Assembly (NCBI GenBank): GCA_052355365.1
Contig: DAWDCC010000005.1
Coordinates: forward strand, 5,629 to 69,628
DNA length: 64,000 nucleotides
Reading direction: 5' to 3'
DNA from: Prevotella sp.
Lineage (GTDB): Bacteria > Bacteroidota > Bacteroidia > Bacteroidales > Bacteroidaceae
The position numbers were made by a program, and so were the translations under genes. The notes below the pieces were generated by a model, which was given only the letters and a program-made list of their open reading frames with translations, was not told the DNA's origin and did not search any database. Of the stretch, positions 26,846 through 35,230 are shown piece after piece (positions within the stretch are counted from its first letter, which is position 1; every line of letters starts with the position of its first letter).

Positions 26846-29794
26846 ATGCACATTAATCACAAATACCTGATAGCCGCCCTGATGCTGCTCGCAAGCATGG
26901 GCTTGTCAGCAGCGTCGTTTACGCGCAACGGCAACTTCATCACTGTGGAGGTAGCCCATCCCGGTCCCAATGATCCGCAATGGGTGCGCCTGCAGGTCAT
27001 CGGCAAGAAAATTATCCGTGTGGAGGCTACCCGCGAGAATACTTTCCCTGAGAAGCAGAGTCTCATCATCGTGAAACAGCCAACGCATGCCTTCAGTTAC
27101 TCGGTATCAGAGGACAGCCGCGACGTGAAGATCAACACGTCGGCAGTCGTAGCGAAAGTCGACAAGCAGACGGGACTCGTCCGCTTCTACGACGAGAACG
27201 GCAAGCAGATTCTCGCTGAGGACACCGGTGGCAAGCAACTTTTCCCATATACGGTGCCTGAGCGCGAGATTGGCGTGGACAGCCATCTCACCGATGCGCA
27301 AAAACATGGGTGGACGTGGCTGTTGCGCTTTGCCGACAATAAAGGCGAAGCGCTCTATGGACTGGGACAGCACCAGGCCAATGAGCTGAACATGAAGGGG
27401 CTGAACGAGGAACTCTATCAGTACAACACCAAGGTCAGCGTGCCCTTTGTGGTGAGCAACAAAGGCTATGGCATCCTGTGGGATTCTTACAGCTATTGTC
27501 GCTTTGGCAACCCCGGTGAGAATCTGCCGCTGAACCGCGCTTTCCGTCTCTACGACAAGAACGGAGTGGCAGGAAACCTCACCGGTACCTACACCGACCG
27601 TGACGGAAAGACCATTACACGGGCTGAGGACAGCATCTGCTATGAGGTGAGCCTGCCGGCATTGGCATTGAAGCGCAACAGCGACGGCGACGTGAGCCAT
27701 CTGCCCGCCGGTTTCAAACTCAACGGAGCCCATGTGACCTATGAGGGATACTTAGAGGCTCCCGTTGACAACAACTATCATTTCAATCTCTACTACGCCG
27801 GATATACCAAGGTATATGTCGACGGCAAGGAGGTAGTGCCCGAACATTGGCGTCAGGCATGGAACCCCAATGCGTGCCGGTTCAACGTTTCGATGAGAGC
27901 AGGACAGAAGGTGAAGCTGCTCATCGACTGGTTGCCCGACGGCGATGTGTCGTATTGCGCACTGAGAGTAGCGCCTCCACGCAGTGAGGAACGCCAGCAA
28001 CAGCTGACTGTGTGGAGCGAGATGGCCAAGGATCTCGATTATTATTTCATTGCCGGAAACACTACCGACGAAGTCATCCACGGCTATCGTACGCTGACGG
28101 GTAAGGCGCAGGTGTTGCCGAAATGGGCACTGGGATTCTGGCAGAGCCGCGAGCGCTACAAGACCAGCGGCGACATCGAGCAGACGCTCGCGGAGTTCCG
28201 CCGTCGCCATATCCCCGTCGACAATATCGTGCAGGACTGGAACTACTGGGCCGACGACCAGTGGGGCAGCCATCAGTTTGAGGCTTCGCGCTACCCTAAT
28301 CCGCAGGCTATGCTCGACAGCGTGCATCAGATGCACGGACGTTTCATGATTTCTGTCTGGCCAAAGTTCTATCCTAATACGAAGAACTACCAGGAACTCG
28401 ATGCCCACGGATGGATGTATCATCAGAGTATCGCCGATAGCATCCGTGACTGGGTGGGCCCCGGCTATATGAACTCGTTCTATGATGCTTATGCCGAAGG
28501 CGCCCGCAAGATGTTCTGGCGGCAGATGGACGAGAACCTCTATACGAAATATCACCACGGTATCGATGCCTGGTGGATGGACGCCTCGGAGCCTAACGTG
28601 CGCGACTGCACGCCGATGTGGTATCGCAAGGCGCTCAGCGGACCGACAGCCACGGGCTCTGCAACTGAGTACTTCAACGCTTATTCGCTCGTCAACGCCG
28701 ATGCTATCTATAATGGACAGCGTGAGGTGAACCCCAATCAGCGCGTCTTCCTGCTCACCCGTAGCGGTTTTGCCGGTGAACAGCGCTACTCCACAGCTAC
28801 GTGGAGCGGTGACATCGGCACACGATGGGAAGACATGCGCGCGCAGATGACGGCCGGATTGAACTACAACCTTGCCGGACTGCCCTTCTGGGGGATGGAT
28901 CAGGGTGGCTTCTCGGTGGAGAACCGCTATGTCAAAGCCCAACAGCTCTATGACAAAACCGGTGAGGAGAACGCTGACCTGAAGGAGTGGCGTGAGCTGC
29001 AGACCCGTTGGAATGAGTTCGGATGCTTCATCCCGCTCTACCGTACCCATGGTCAGTGGCCGTTGCGTGAGGTTTGGAACATCGCGCCGGAGTCGCATCC
29101 TGCCTACAAGGCTATAGTGTGGTATGACCGTCTGCGCTATCGCCTGATGCCCTATATCTATTCTCTGGCCGGTGCCGTGCACTTCAGTGACTACACGATG
29201 ATGCGTGCGCTGGTGATGGACTTCAATGGCGATGACAAGGTATACAATGTTAAGGATCAGTGGATGTTCGGTCCCTCGCTGATGGCTTGCCCCGTGGCAA
29301 AGTATCAGCAACGTAACCGTGAGGTCTACCTGCCTGCTCAGCGTGGATGGTATGACCTGCTCTCGGGTAAGCACTACGATGGCGGACAGACCATCACGGC
29401 CGATGCTCCGTTGGAGCGTATCCCGGTCTTTGTGCCGGAGGGTAGCCTGTTACCGGTAGGACCGGAGATGGAGTGGAGCGACGAGAAGCCTGCGAAGACC
29501 ATCGATCTCTATGTCTTCGCCGGTCGCGACGGCAGCTTCACGCTCTATGAGGACGAGAATACCAACTACAATTACGAGAAAGGCCGCTACGCCACCATCC
29601 TGATGACATGGAATGAGCGCCAGCATACGCTGACCATCGGAGCCCGAAAGGGTGCCTTCAATGGGATGTTGAAGAACCGTCAATTTAACATCATCCTTGT
29701 CAGCCCGACGCATGCGCGAGGCCTCGACATCGATCATGTGGTTGCAGGAAAGGTGGTCAGGTACAATGGCAGCCGCTTAGCAGTGAAACTATAA
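26846..29794 (+). CDS. GH31-family alpha-glycosidase with a PA14-like insert (alpha-xylosidase-like)
   Basis: GH31 motifs are present (DAWWMDASEPN, LTRSGFAGEQRYSTATWSGDI). A PA14-like segment (YEGYLEAPVDNNYHFNLYYAGYTKVYVDGKEV) resembles those of characterised GH31 alpha-xylosidases. Confidence 0.85.
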   Translation: MHINHKYLIAALMLLASMGLSAASFTRNGNFITVEVAHPGPNDPQWVRLQVIGKKIIRVEATRENTFPEKQSLIIVKQPTHAFSYSVSEDSRDVKINTSAVVAKVDKQTGLVRFYDENGKQILAEDTGGKQLFPYTVPEREIGVDSHLTDAQKHGWTWLLRFADNKGEALYGLGQHQANELNMKGLNEELYQYNTKVSVPFVVSNKGYGILWDSYSYCRFGNPGENLPLNRAFRLYDKNGVAGNLTGTYTDRDGKTITRAEDSICYEVSLPALALKRNSDGDVSHLPAGFKLNGAHVTYEGYLEAPVDNNYHFNLYYAGYTKVYVDGKEVVPEHWRQAWNPNACRFNVSMRAGQKVKLLIDWLPDGDVSYCALRVAPPRSEERQQQLTVWSEMAKDLDYYFIAGNTTDEVIHGYRTLTGKAQVLPKWALGFWQSRERYKTSGDIEQTLAEFRRRHIPVDNIVQDWNYWADDQWGSHQFEASRYPNPQAMLDSVHQMHGRFMISVWPKFYPNTKNYQELDAHGWMYHQSIADSIRDWVGPGYMNSFYDAYAEGARKMFWRQMDENLYTKYHHGIDAWWMDASEPNVRDCTPMWYRKALSGPTATGSATEYFNAYSLVNADAIYNGQREVNPNQRVFLLTRSGFAGEQRYSTATWSGDIGTRWEDMRAQMTAGLNYNLAGLPFWGMDQGGFSVENRYVKAQQLYDKTGEENADLKEWRELQTRWNEFGCFIPLYRTHGQWPLREVWNIAPESHPAYKAIVWYDRLRYRLMPYIYSLAGAVHFSDYTMMRALVMDFNGDDKVYNVKDQWMFGPSLMACPVAKYQQRNREVYLPAQRGWYDLLSGKHYDGGQTITADAPLERIPVFVPEGSLLPVGPEMEWSDEKPAKTIDLYVFAGRDGSFTLYEDENTNYNYEKGRYATILMTWNERQHTLTIGARKGAFNGMLKNRQFNIILVSPTHARGLDIDHVVAGKVVRYNGSRLAVKL

Positions 29795-29876
29795 CGGCCA
29801 TAGGCTCCTACTGAAGGAGCTTCGCTGTTTGAGCTTGGTTGGCTTTGGCTAAGTTCCCGAAAGTTTATCTGCTGAA

Positions 29877-29930
29877 TATAAACGAGGGAGGGAGACGACA
29901 TCCGTTTGTCGTCTCCCTCCCTCGTTTATA
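29877..29930. terminator. Very long perfect hairpin between convergent GH31 and mscS-like genes (bidirectional terminator)
   Basis: Perfect 24-bp stem TATAAACGAGGGAGGGAGACGACA/TGTCGTCTCCCTCCCTCGTTTATA with a 6-nt loop, flanked by AT-rich sequence. Confidence 0.7.
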
Positions 29931-29974
29931 TATATAGGTGATATACTTTGTTGAGTAGCTAACCCTTCTTTTCG

Positions 29975-32521
29975 TTACGCTTTTGAAGTACCTTTCAGCG
30001 TCATTGTGCTGTCGCTCTTGATGTGCACATCGCGCTGTGGATACGGAATCTCGATCTGATTCTCGTTGAGCGTGTTGTACAGTGCCTCGTAGATCTCACC
30101 CGTGGCGTAGATCTGTTTGCGTGAATCGACCCATGCGAGCACCTTGAAGTCGATGGAGTTGTCACCGAAGTTGACGAAGACCGTATTGATATATTTGATG
30201 TAGTTCTTTCGTTCGATGCGCTTCACGGCGGCAGCGATGAGCTCTTTCACCTCAGCAGCATTGGTACCGTAAGCTACGCCGACGGGGATGACAGCAAGCT
30301 CGTAGCCGTGGTTCTTCGTCAGGTTCTTATAGTTCTTCGTGAAGAGCTGCGAGTTTTGGAACGAGATGATACTGCCGTCGAGGGCTTCGATCATCGTCGA
30401 GGTGTAGGAGATATTGCGCACGGTGCCGCGCATGCCGTCGATGCTGACATAGTCACCGACGCGGATGCGGCCTGCCATCAGCGAGATACCGTAATAGATA
30501 TTCTCCAGAATGTCCTTCATGGCGAAACCGATACCAGTGGACAAACCGGCGGAGATAGCCACGATCCACGAGTTGTCGATGTTGAAGATCTTCATCGAGA
30601 TCAATAGCCAGATGCCCCAGACAAATACCTGAATGACGTTACGCCACATGGCCGTACGGCTTACCACAGCCTGCGGATCTTCTCGCCGGTTCTCCTCGGC
30701 GGCGCGGTCGTGCTCGCTCTGCGCAAAGTGGTGGTGAAGAAGGTTGAGCGACGTGTGGCTGATATAGGAGAAGAGATAGAAGAGGATCACCACCTGCACG
30801 GCTTTGAAGATGGAGAAGGTGAAGTTCTTCGTGTCGATCAGTCGCATGCTGAAGATTTGTAGCGTGGTGTCGCTGAGGTTGAACACGTCAGCCGCCCAAT
30901 AGATCGACAGGACGATGGACAGTGCACCGGAAATCGGAAGCAGGGCATAGTAGAAGAAACGGAAGAGCCACGTGCGCATGATCGGCGTGTCCTTGTCGAA
31001 GAAGCGATGGCGGGGATTGTTGCCGTAGCCCTTGAGCAGCGATGACACGCAGGTGATCGTCAGGATACAGGTCAGCTGCATCGTCCACCATATCAAGGCC
31101 TCGACGGAGAGCAGCGTGTAGCCGACAAGTGAGGCCACCACACTGAAGACAAACACGATAAGCGACATCGTGGTGTAGAACACGTCGCTCTTGGGCAACC
31201 GCTTCTGATAGTGCTTCACCACACGCCATTGCCACACAGCGCAGATGAGCAGCATCGGGGGGAAGACGAGGTTGACGAGTGTGTTCGGGATGAGGATGAT
31301 GCGGAACACGATGACCAGGAAGCACACTGTCAGCACGGGGGCGTAGATGCGCAGTCCTTTCTTGATCTGCACGCCATCGAGACGGATGAGCAACGAGAGC
31401 AGGATGGCAGCCATCAGCCACGCAAACTCCATGAGCAGACCGGTGGCCATGACAAAGAAGTTCTGAGCCACGGCCTGACGCAGCAAGCCCAGCATCAGCG
31501 CAAAGGTGATCACCGTCGTCGTGGCGATGATCGTGCGGCGTTTAGCGGTGAACGAGGCTTTGGTGTGGATCATCTCCAAATTGTCAGCATCCTCTCCAGA
31601 CAGCTGCTTGGAGCAGTCAGACACCGATGATGCTTGGATGCTTGCCTTGCGCTTGTCGAACCAGTGGAAGAGGAAGTCGATCTTGCCGTGCTTGACGAGG
31701 TAGGTGAAAATAAAGCCGATGATGAGATAGTTCAGGCCTACGGCGATCAGCACACCGATGAACAGTGCGATGAAGAAGCCTAAGATGACCCTTCCGTCCC
31801 ATTCCGAGAGTGCATGATGTATCGGCCGGTATTTCATCAGCACAGAGGTGAGCGTGAGGTTGTATTCCTTGCTGAGGTTGCGAAGGATGGCGATATAGTT
31901 CTCGCCGCCATTGTTGAAGATGCTCCGTTGTATCTCGCCGTAGCGCATGTTGGCGTAGTCGTTGAGGCTCTTGAGCCCCTGCTCCGTCTGGTTGTACAGC
32001 GTGATGTATTGCTTCATCTGGTCGTTGTTGTCGGCCAGTGTACGCCGGATATGGATGGCGAGGGTCAGACACACGTTGCGGTCGAGTTTGGCCTTGGGCG
32101 TGAGCGCACCGGTGTACATGTTGCTCAAGTCGTTGATCAGACTGTCATAACGGCTGACCTCGGTATTGGTGTTGGTGATATAGTCACGGAAGGGTGCCGC
32201 GTTGTTGCGGAACTGCTTATACTGTTCCGTGGCTGCGTGGCAGGCGTAGGTAAGGTCAAAGATGTTGCCCTCCTTTTGAGAATAGAGCATCAGTGCGTTT
32301 TGCTGGCTTTGGTTGCCCACAGTGATCAGTTCCTTGACAACCATCTGCTGCTGGAGTCGCAGGTCGTTCTGCTGTTTGTCGAGGTCGTGACGATAGGTGT
32401 TGAGCTCTTGACGCAAGATGGACAGTGAACTGCTGATGTCGCGCTCCTTGAGCACGGCATGGCTGGGTAATGCCATGAGCAGTAACACTGTGAGGACGAG
32501 GCAATGGATATATTTCTGCAT
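29975..32521 (-). CDS. Large mechanosensitive ion channel family protein (MscS/MscK-like)
   Basis: Signal-like N-terminus, a periplasmic coiled region and multiple TM helices. The MscS core reads GFAMKDILENIYYGISLMAGRIRVGDYVSIDGMRGTVRNISYTSTMIEALDGS. Start set at the ATG at 32521 (MQKYIHCLVL...). Confidence 0.85.
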   Translation of the reverse strand: MQKYIHCLVLTVLLLMALPSHAVLKERDISSSLSILRQELNTYRHDLDKQQNDLRLQQQMVVKELITVGNQSQQNALMLYSQKEGNIFDLTYACHAATEQYKQFRNNAAPFRDYITNTNTEVSRYDSLINDLSNMYTGALTPKAKLDRNVCLTLAIHIRRTLADNNDQMKQYITLYNQTEQGLKSLNDYANMRYGEIQRSIFNNGGENYIAILRNLSKEYNLTLTSVLMKYRPIHHALSEWDGRVILGFFIALFIGVLIAVGLNYLIIGFIFTYLVKHGKIDFLFHWFDKRKASIQASSVSDCSKQLSGEDADNLEMIHTKASFTAKRRTIIATTTVITFALMLGLLRQAVAQNFFVMATGLLMEFAWLMAAILLSLLIRLDGVQIKKGLRIYAPVLTVCFLVIVFRIILIPNTLVNLVFPPMLLICAVWQWRVVKHYQKRLPKSDVFYTTMSLIVFVFSVVASLVGYTLLSVEALIWWTMQLTCILTITCVSSLLKGYGNNPRHRFFDKDTPIMRTWLFRFFYYALLPISGALSIVLSIYWAADVFNLSDTTLQIFSMRLIDTKNFTFSIFKAVQVVILFYLFSYISHTSLNLLHHHFAQSEHDRAAEENRREDPQAVVSRTAMWRNVIQVFVWGIWLLISMKIFNIDNSWIVAISAGLSTGIGFAMKDILENIYYGISLMAGRIRVGDYVSIDGMRGTVRNISYTSTMIEALDGSIISFQNSQLFTKNYKNLTKNHGYELAVIPVGVAYGTNAAEVKELIAAAVKRIERKNYIKYINTVFVNFGDNSIDFKVLAWVDSRKQIYATGEIYEALYNTLNENQIEIPYPQRDVHIKSDSTMTLKGTSKA

Positions 32522-32766
32522 ATTCGATCGTGTGTATTGTCGCACAAAGGTATAAAAAGTAACTGTATGGAGACATTTTGATGTGGTTAAAGAAGGTTAA
32601 CAAGGTGACAACTTTGGAGTTTTTTTAGTATTTTTGTGCTCGAAGATTTGAATACAATATTGAGTTTACAGGATTACGTTTGTTACTTTGATGTACAGCC
32701 CTATTTGGAATTCCTATATGCCGGCATAATTCTTCAATAGGATCCCAGATAACTCAATAGCCGGCA

Positions 32767-32800
32767 GGGGGTGGCATTTGTAGTCCACCCCCCTTTGTTT
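32767..32800 (+). other. Orphan terminator-like hairpin in a long divergent intergenic region
   Basis: GGGGGTGG-catttgtagt-CCACCCCC followed by CTTTGTTT. No annotated plus-strand gene lies upstream. Confidence 0.3.
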
Positions 32801-32836
32801 ACCCTTGATTTTTTATTGAATTTACCCTTGATTTTT
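32798..32836. repeat. Direct repeat TTTACCCTTGATTTTT, two copies with 23-bp period
   Basis: Copies at 32798-32813 and 32821-32836. Confidence 0.85.
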
Positions 32837-33311
32837 ATGGATGAAGAGTGGCGCGCAAGGATGGAGAGTTGCATGGAGGGGCGCGGAACGTGGGACGGCG
32901 GTGATACAGCCACTGGTATAGCCCCCGGTATTCTAATGCAAGGAACAATAAAGGATGAGCGGCAAAGTCGCTTGTGATAGGCGTTAGAAGTACGTGCGTC
33001 TCGCGCGCATATTTATATAAGGAGTAGGACAAGGAGTTTGTAAGGTGTAGAACTCAGTGTATATAAGGTGTATAGTCAAGGATGGGGCGAAAAAGAAAGG
33101 AAGAAGAGAGGGATTGAGGGCCGTAGGACAGAGGCGCAGACGGTGGGAACAATGCAAGAGGCGGCTTTGAAGACAGGAACAAGAAGGGAGAAATCTGTGG
33201 TTAACTTTTGTTTGCAGTTTGTAAGATATTGATTATCAATTGGTTTTAAAAAAGTTACAAGTCAGACTTAAAAAAGTTGCTAAAAAAGGAACAACGTATT
33301 GAAAAAATGCG

Positions 33312-33319
33312 TACCTTTG
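33312..33319 (+). promoter_or_regulatory. -7 promoter box (TACCTTTG) upstream of the small lipoprotein gene
   Basis: Matches the TAnnTTTG consensus, 53 nt upstream of the ATG at 33372. Confidence 0.5.
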
Positions 33320-33371
33320 CAGCGTTGTTAATAAACAAATGATTGTTTTACAGATTTAAAAAGCAAAGAAA

Positions 33372-33560
33372 ATGAAGAAATTAGTTTTTATGTTCGTAGC
33401 TATCGCAGCTATGTCTTTCGCATCTTGTGGTAATAAGAACCAGAGCACTGCTCCTGCAACTGACTCTGACACTACAGCAGTTGACACAACTGACAGCGCT
33501 GCCGCTCCTGCTGACTCTGCTGCTGCTCCTGCTGACACAGCTGCTGCTCAGGCTAAGTAA
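33372..33560 (+). CDS. Small low-complexity lipoprotein (62 aa)
   Basis: Signal peptide plus lipobox (MSFASCGN), followed by a T/A/D/S/P-rich tail. It has its own -7 box and its own terminator. Confidence 0.6.
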   Translation: MKKLVFMFVAIAAMSFASCGNKNQSTAPATDSDTTAVDTTDSAAAPADSAAAPADTAAAQAK

Positions 33561-33591
33561 TCGTTAGCTCGAACTGAAAAATGAGAGAATG

Positions 33592-33620
33592 CGCCCGAGG
33601 CTATAGCCCCGGGCGTTTTT
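33592..33620 (+). terminator. Rho-independent terminator of the small lipoprotein gene
   Basis: CGCCCGAGG-ctatag-CCCCGGGCG (one mismatch) followed by TTTTT. Confidence 0.65.
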
Positions 33621-33821
33621 CGTGCTTGCCACTTTGATGACTCTGCGCCTTTGACAGGTGTGACGTTCATGGTTGCCAGTCTACATCCAAAGGCTTGACG
33701 CGTATCAACTTTTAAGGGTAAAAGTAAACAATCGGCTGATACATTGTCTTTCTTTCCTTCTTTGGCAATACCTTTGCAAGGTAAATAGTAAACAGGAAAC
33801 ATGAGGAAGGAGTACTAAGAC

Positions 33822-33908
33822 ATGGTAACGATTATGATTGTCGTGACAGCTTTCATCGCTATGATTGCACAGGCTGTCACCTTCATCAATGACTTGAGAA
33901 AAGACTAA
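33822..33908 (+). CDS. Candidate 28-aa hydrophobic single-TM peptide (MVTIMIVVTAFIAMIAQAVTFINDLRKD)
   Basis: Hand-translated and below the ORF-track cutoff. A TACCTTTG box lies at 33769-33776, about 45 nt upstream. A 5-codon mini-ORF (MRKEY) precedes it. Confidence 0.3.
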   Translation: MVTIMIVVTAFIAMIAQAVTFINDLRKD

Positions 33909-34008
33909 AGCGAGAAGTCAGAACCTTCGTGTTCGGTGCGCCTGAAAAAGGCAATAGGTTGTTGAAGACCTCCTTCAAAGGCCGTCGTGAGAAAGCTTAG
34001 AAACAAAG

Positions 34009-34064
34009 TTAGGCCTCTCATTGACCATTTCCCATTCTTTGGGATCGGTTGGTGAGAGGCCTAA
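34009..34064. other. Perfect 12-bp inverted repeat (TTAGGCCTCTCA / TGAGAGGCCTAA) with a 32-nt spacer, downstream of the araC-like gene
   Basis: Read directly from the sequence. It lies at the left edge of the compositionally atypical segment. Confidence 0.6.
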
Positions 34065-34109
34065 TGTGTGCTGATACTATGATTGTTGTCGTTGCTGACA
34101 GGCCATGGT

Positions 34110-34927
34110 CTATAGTTTGTTTCTGAATTCTGACGGGCTCATGCCTATCTGTTTCTGAAAGTATACGTAGAAGTGGGCGGGAGATGAGAAACAGAATTTG
34201 TCGGCAAGCTCAGAAAGCGACATGGGGGAAGATTTCAACAGATAACAGATCTTAGAGGTTGTGAAGCGGTTGACCCAGTAGCTGGCTCCCCTTTCCGTGA
34301 ATGTTCGCGATGCGTCTGAAAGATATTTTGTAGTTACGTTTAGCTTGTTGGCATAGTATTCCAATTTGCGATGCTTAATGTATGCTTCGCCATAAAGCAT
34401 TCCCATGAATTGCGTCATCACCTCTAATTGTTTGTAGGGGAAGTTGTACTCTTCTCCTATCCTGTCAAAGGCATCGAAAAAATCCAGCATCATGATTTGG
34501 ATGCAGTGATAGAGAACTTTGCTTGAAAATAGATAGTCTTCGTGCTGCAATCTTCTTTCAATCCCTTCCACATCTGCCATAATCACTTTCATCTTTTCTA
34601 CTCCGAGATGCATGATAGGCCTCTTGAAGATCGACATTGCACCGCGTAGACACATATGGGGGGGGTAAATGGAGCTTCAATCATCTCCGGGCTGACATAC
34701 ACACAAATACATTGGAAGTCATCGGAAGGCTTCTGCTCTTCTAAAAAAGCTTGTATGGGTAGTGCCATGATATCGCCCTCTTGCAAGACGAAGCGATTGC
34801 CGTTGAACAGTATCTTCATCTCCCCTTGCAGACAAATCACGTGGGCTACATGATCCTTGAGAGAAGGATCATGCGCTAATCTTTCGGTGTTGTGATCAAT
34901 TTCTATGTAGTCACTAATCGTGGTCAT
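34110..34927 (-). pseudogene. AraC-family transcriptional regulator (cupin N-domain plus HTH_AraC C-domain) split by a frameshift in a C8 tract
   Basis: ORF 34598..34927 gives the cupin-like N-terminus. ORF 34110..34655 gives the AraC HTH (LSELADKFCFSSPAHFYVYFQKQIGMSPSEFR). The frames differ (2 versus 0 mod 3) and switch at G8/C8 (34658-34665). One extra C would give a continuous protein of about 272 aa (...EAPFTPPHMCLRGAMS...). Confidence 0.8.
34658..34665. repeat. Homopolymeric G8 (C8 on the coding strand) at the araC-like frameshift point
   Basis: Counted directly: 34658-34665 are all G. Confidence 0.95.
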
Positions 34928-35096
34928 GTGTTATTCTCTTATCAGACTTAATATGGTACAAAAGTACTATAAAATAACGAAATAGCGTGTCCAAACTTCT
35001 ATAAAGTTTAATGCTTCCTTTTGGAAGTTGAGGATATTCTGCAAATTATAATAATTTTTGGGCAAATTTTATAAAGCGTATCTCAATAAGATGGCA

Positions 35097-35104
35097 TAAC
35101 TTTG
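35097..35104 (+). promoter_or_regulatory. -7 promoter box (TAACTTTG) upstream of the T9SS-cargo gene
   Basis: Matches the TAnnTTTG consensus in the AT-rich divergent intergenic region, 127 nt upstream of the ATG at 35231. Confidence 0.45.
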
Positions 35105-35230
35105 CAGACAATAAAAAACAATTTAAATTTATATAGTTAAATATCAGTAAGAGGGTAGCAAAAACATAACTAACACGATACTCCTCTTTGTAGTTTGCTA
35201 TAGTAATAGGTATAACTAAATATAGGCAAA

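Noticed and set aside
32683-32800. Small RNA of about 100 nt from a TACTTTG box to the 32767-32800 hairpin
   Set aside because: The putative -7 box is one nucleotide short of the TAnnTTTG consensus, and nothing else supports a transcription start. I kept only the hairpin as a low-confidence feature.
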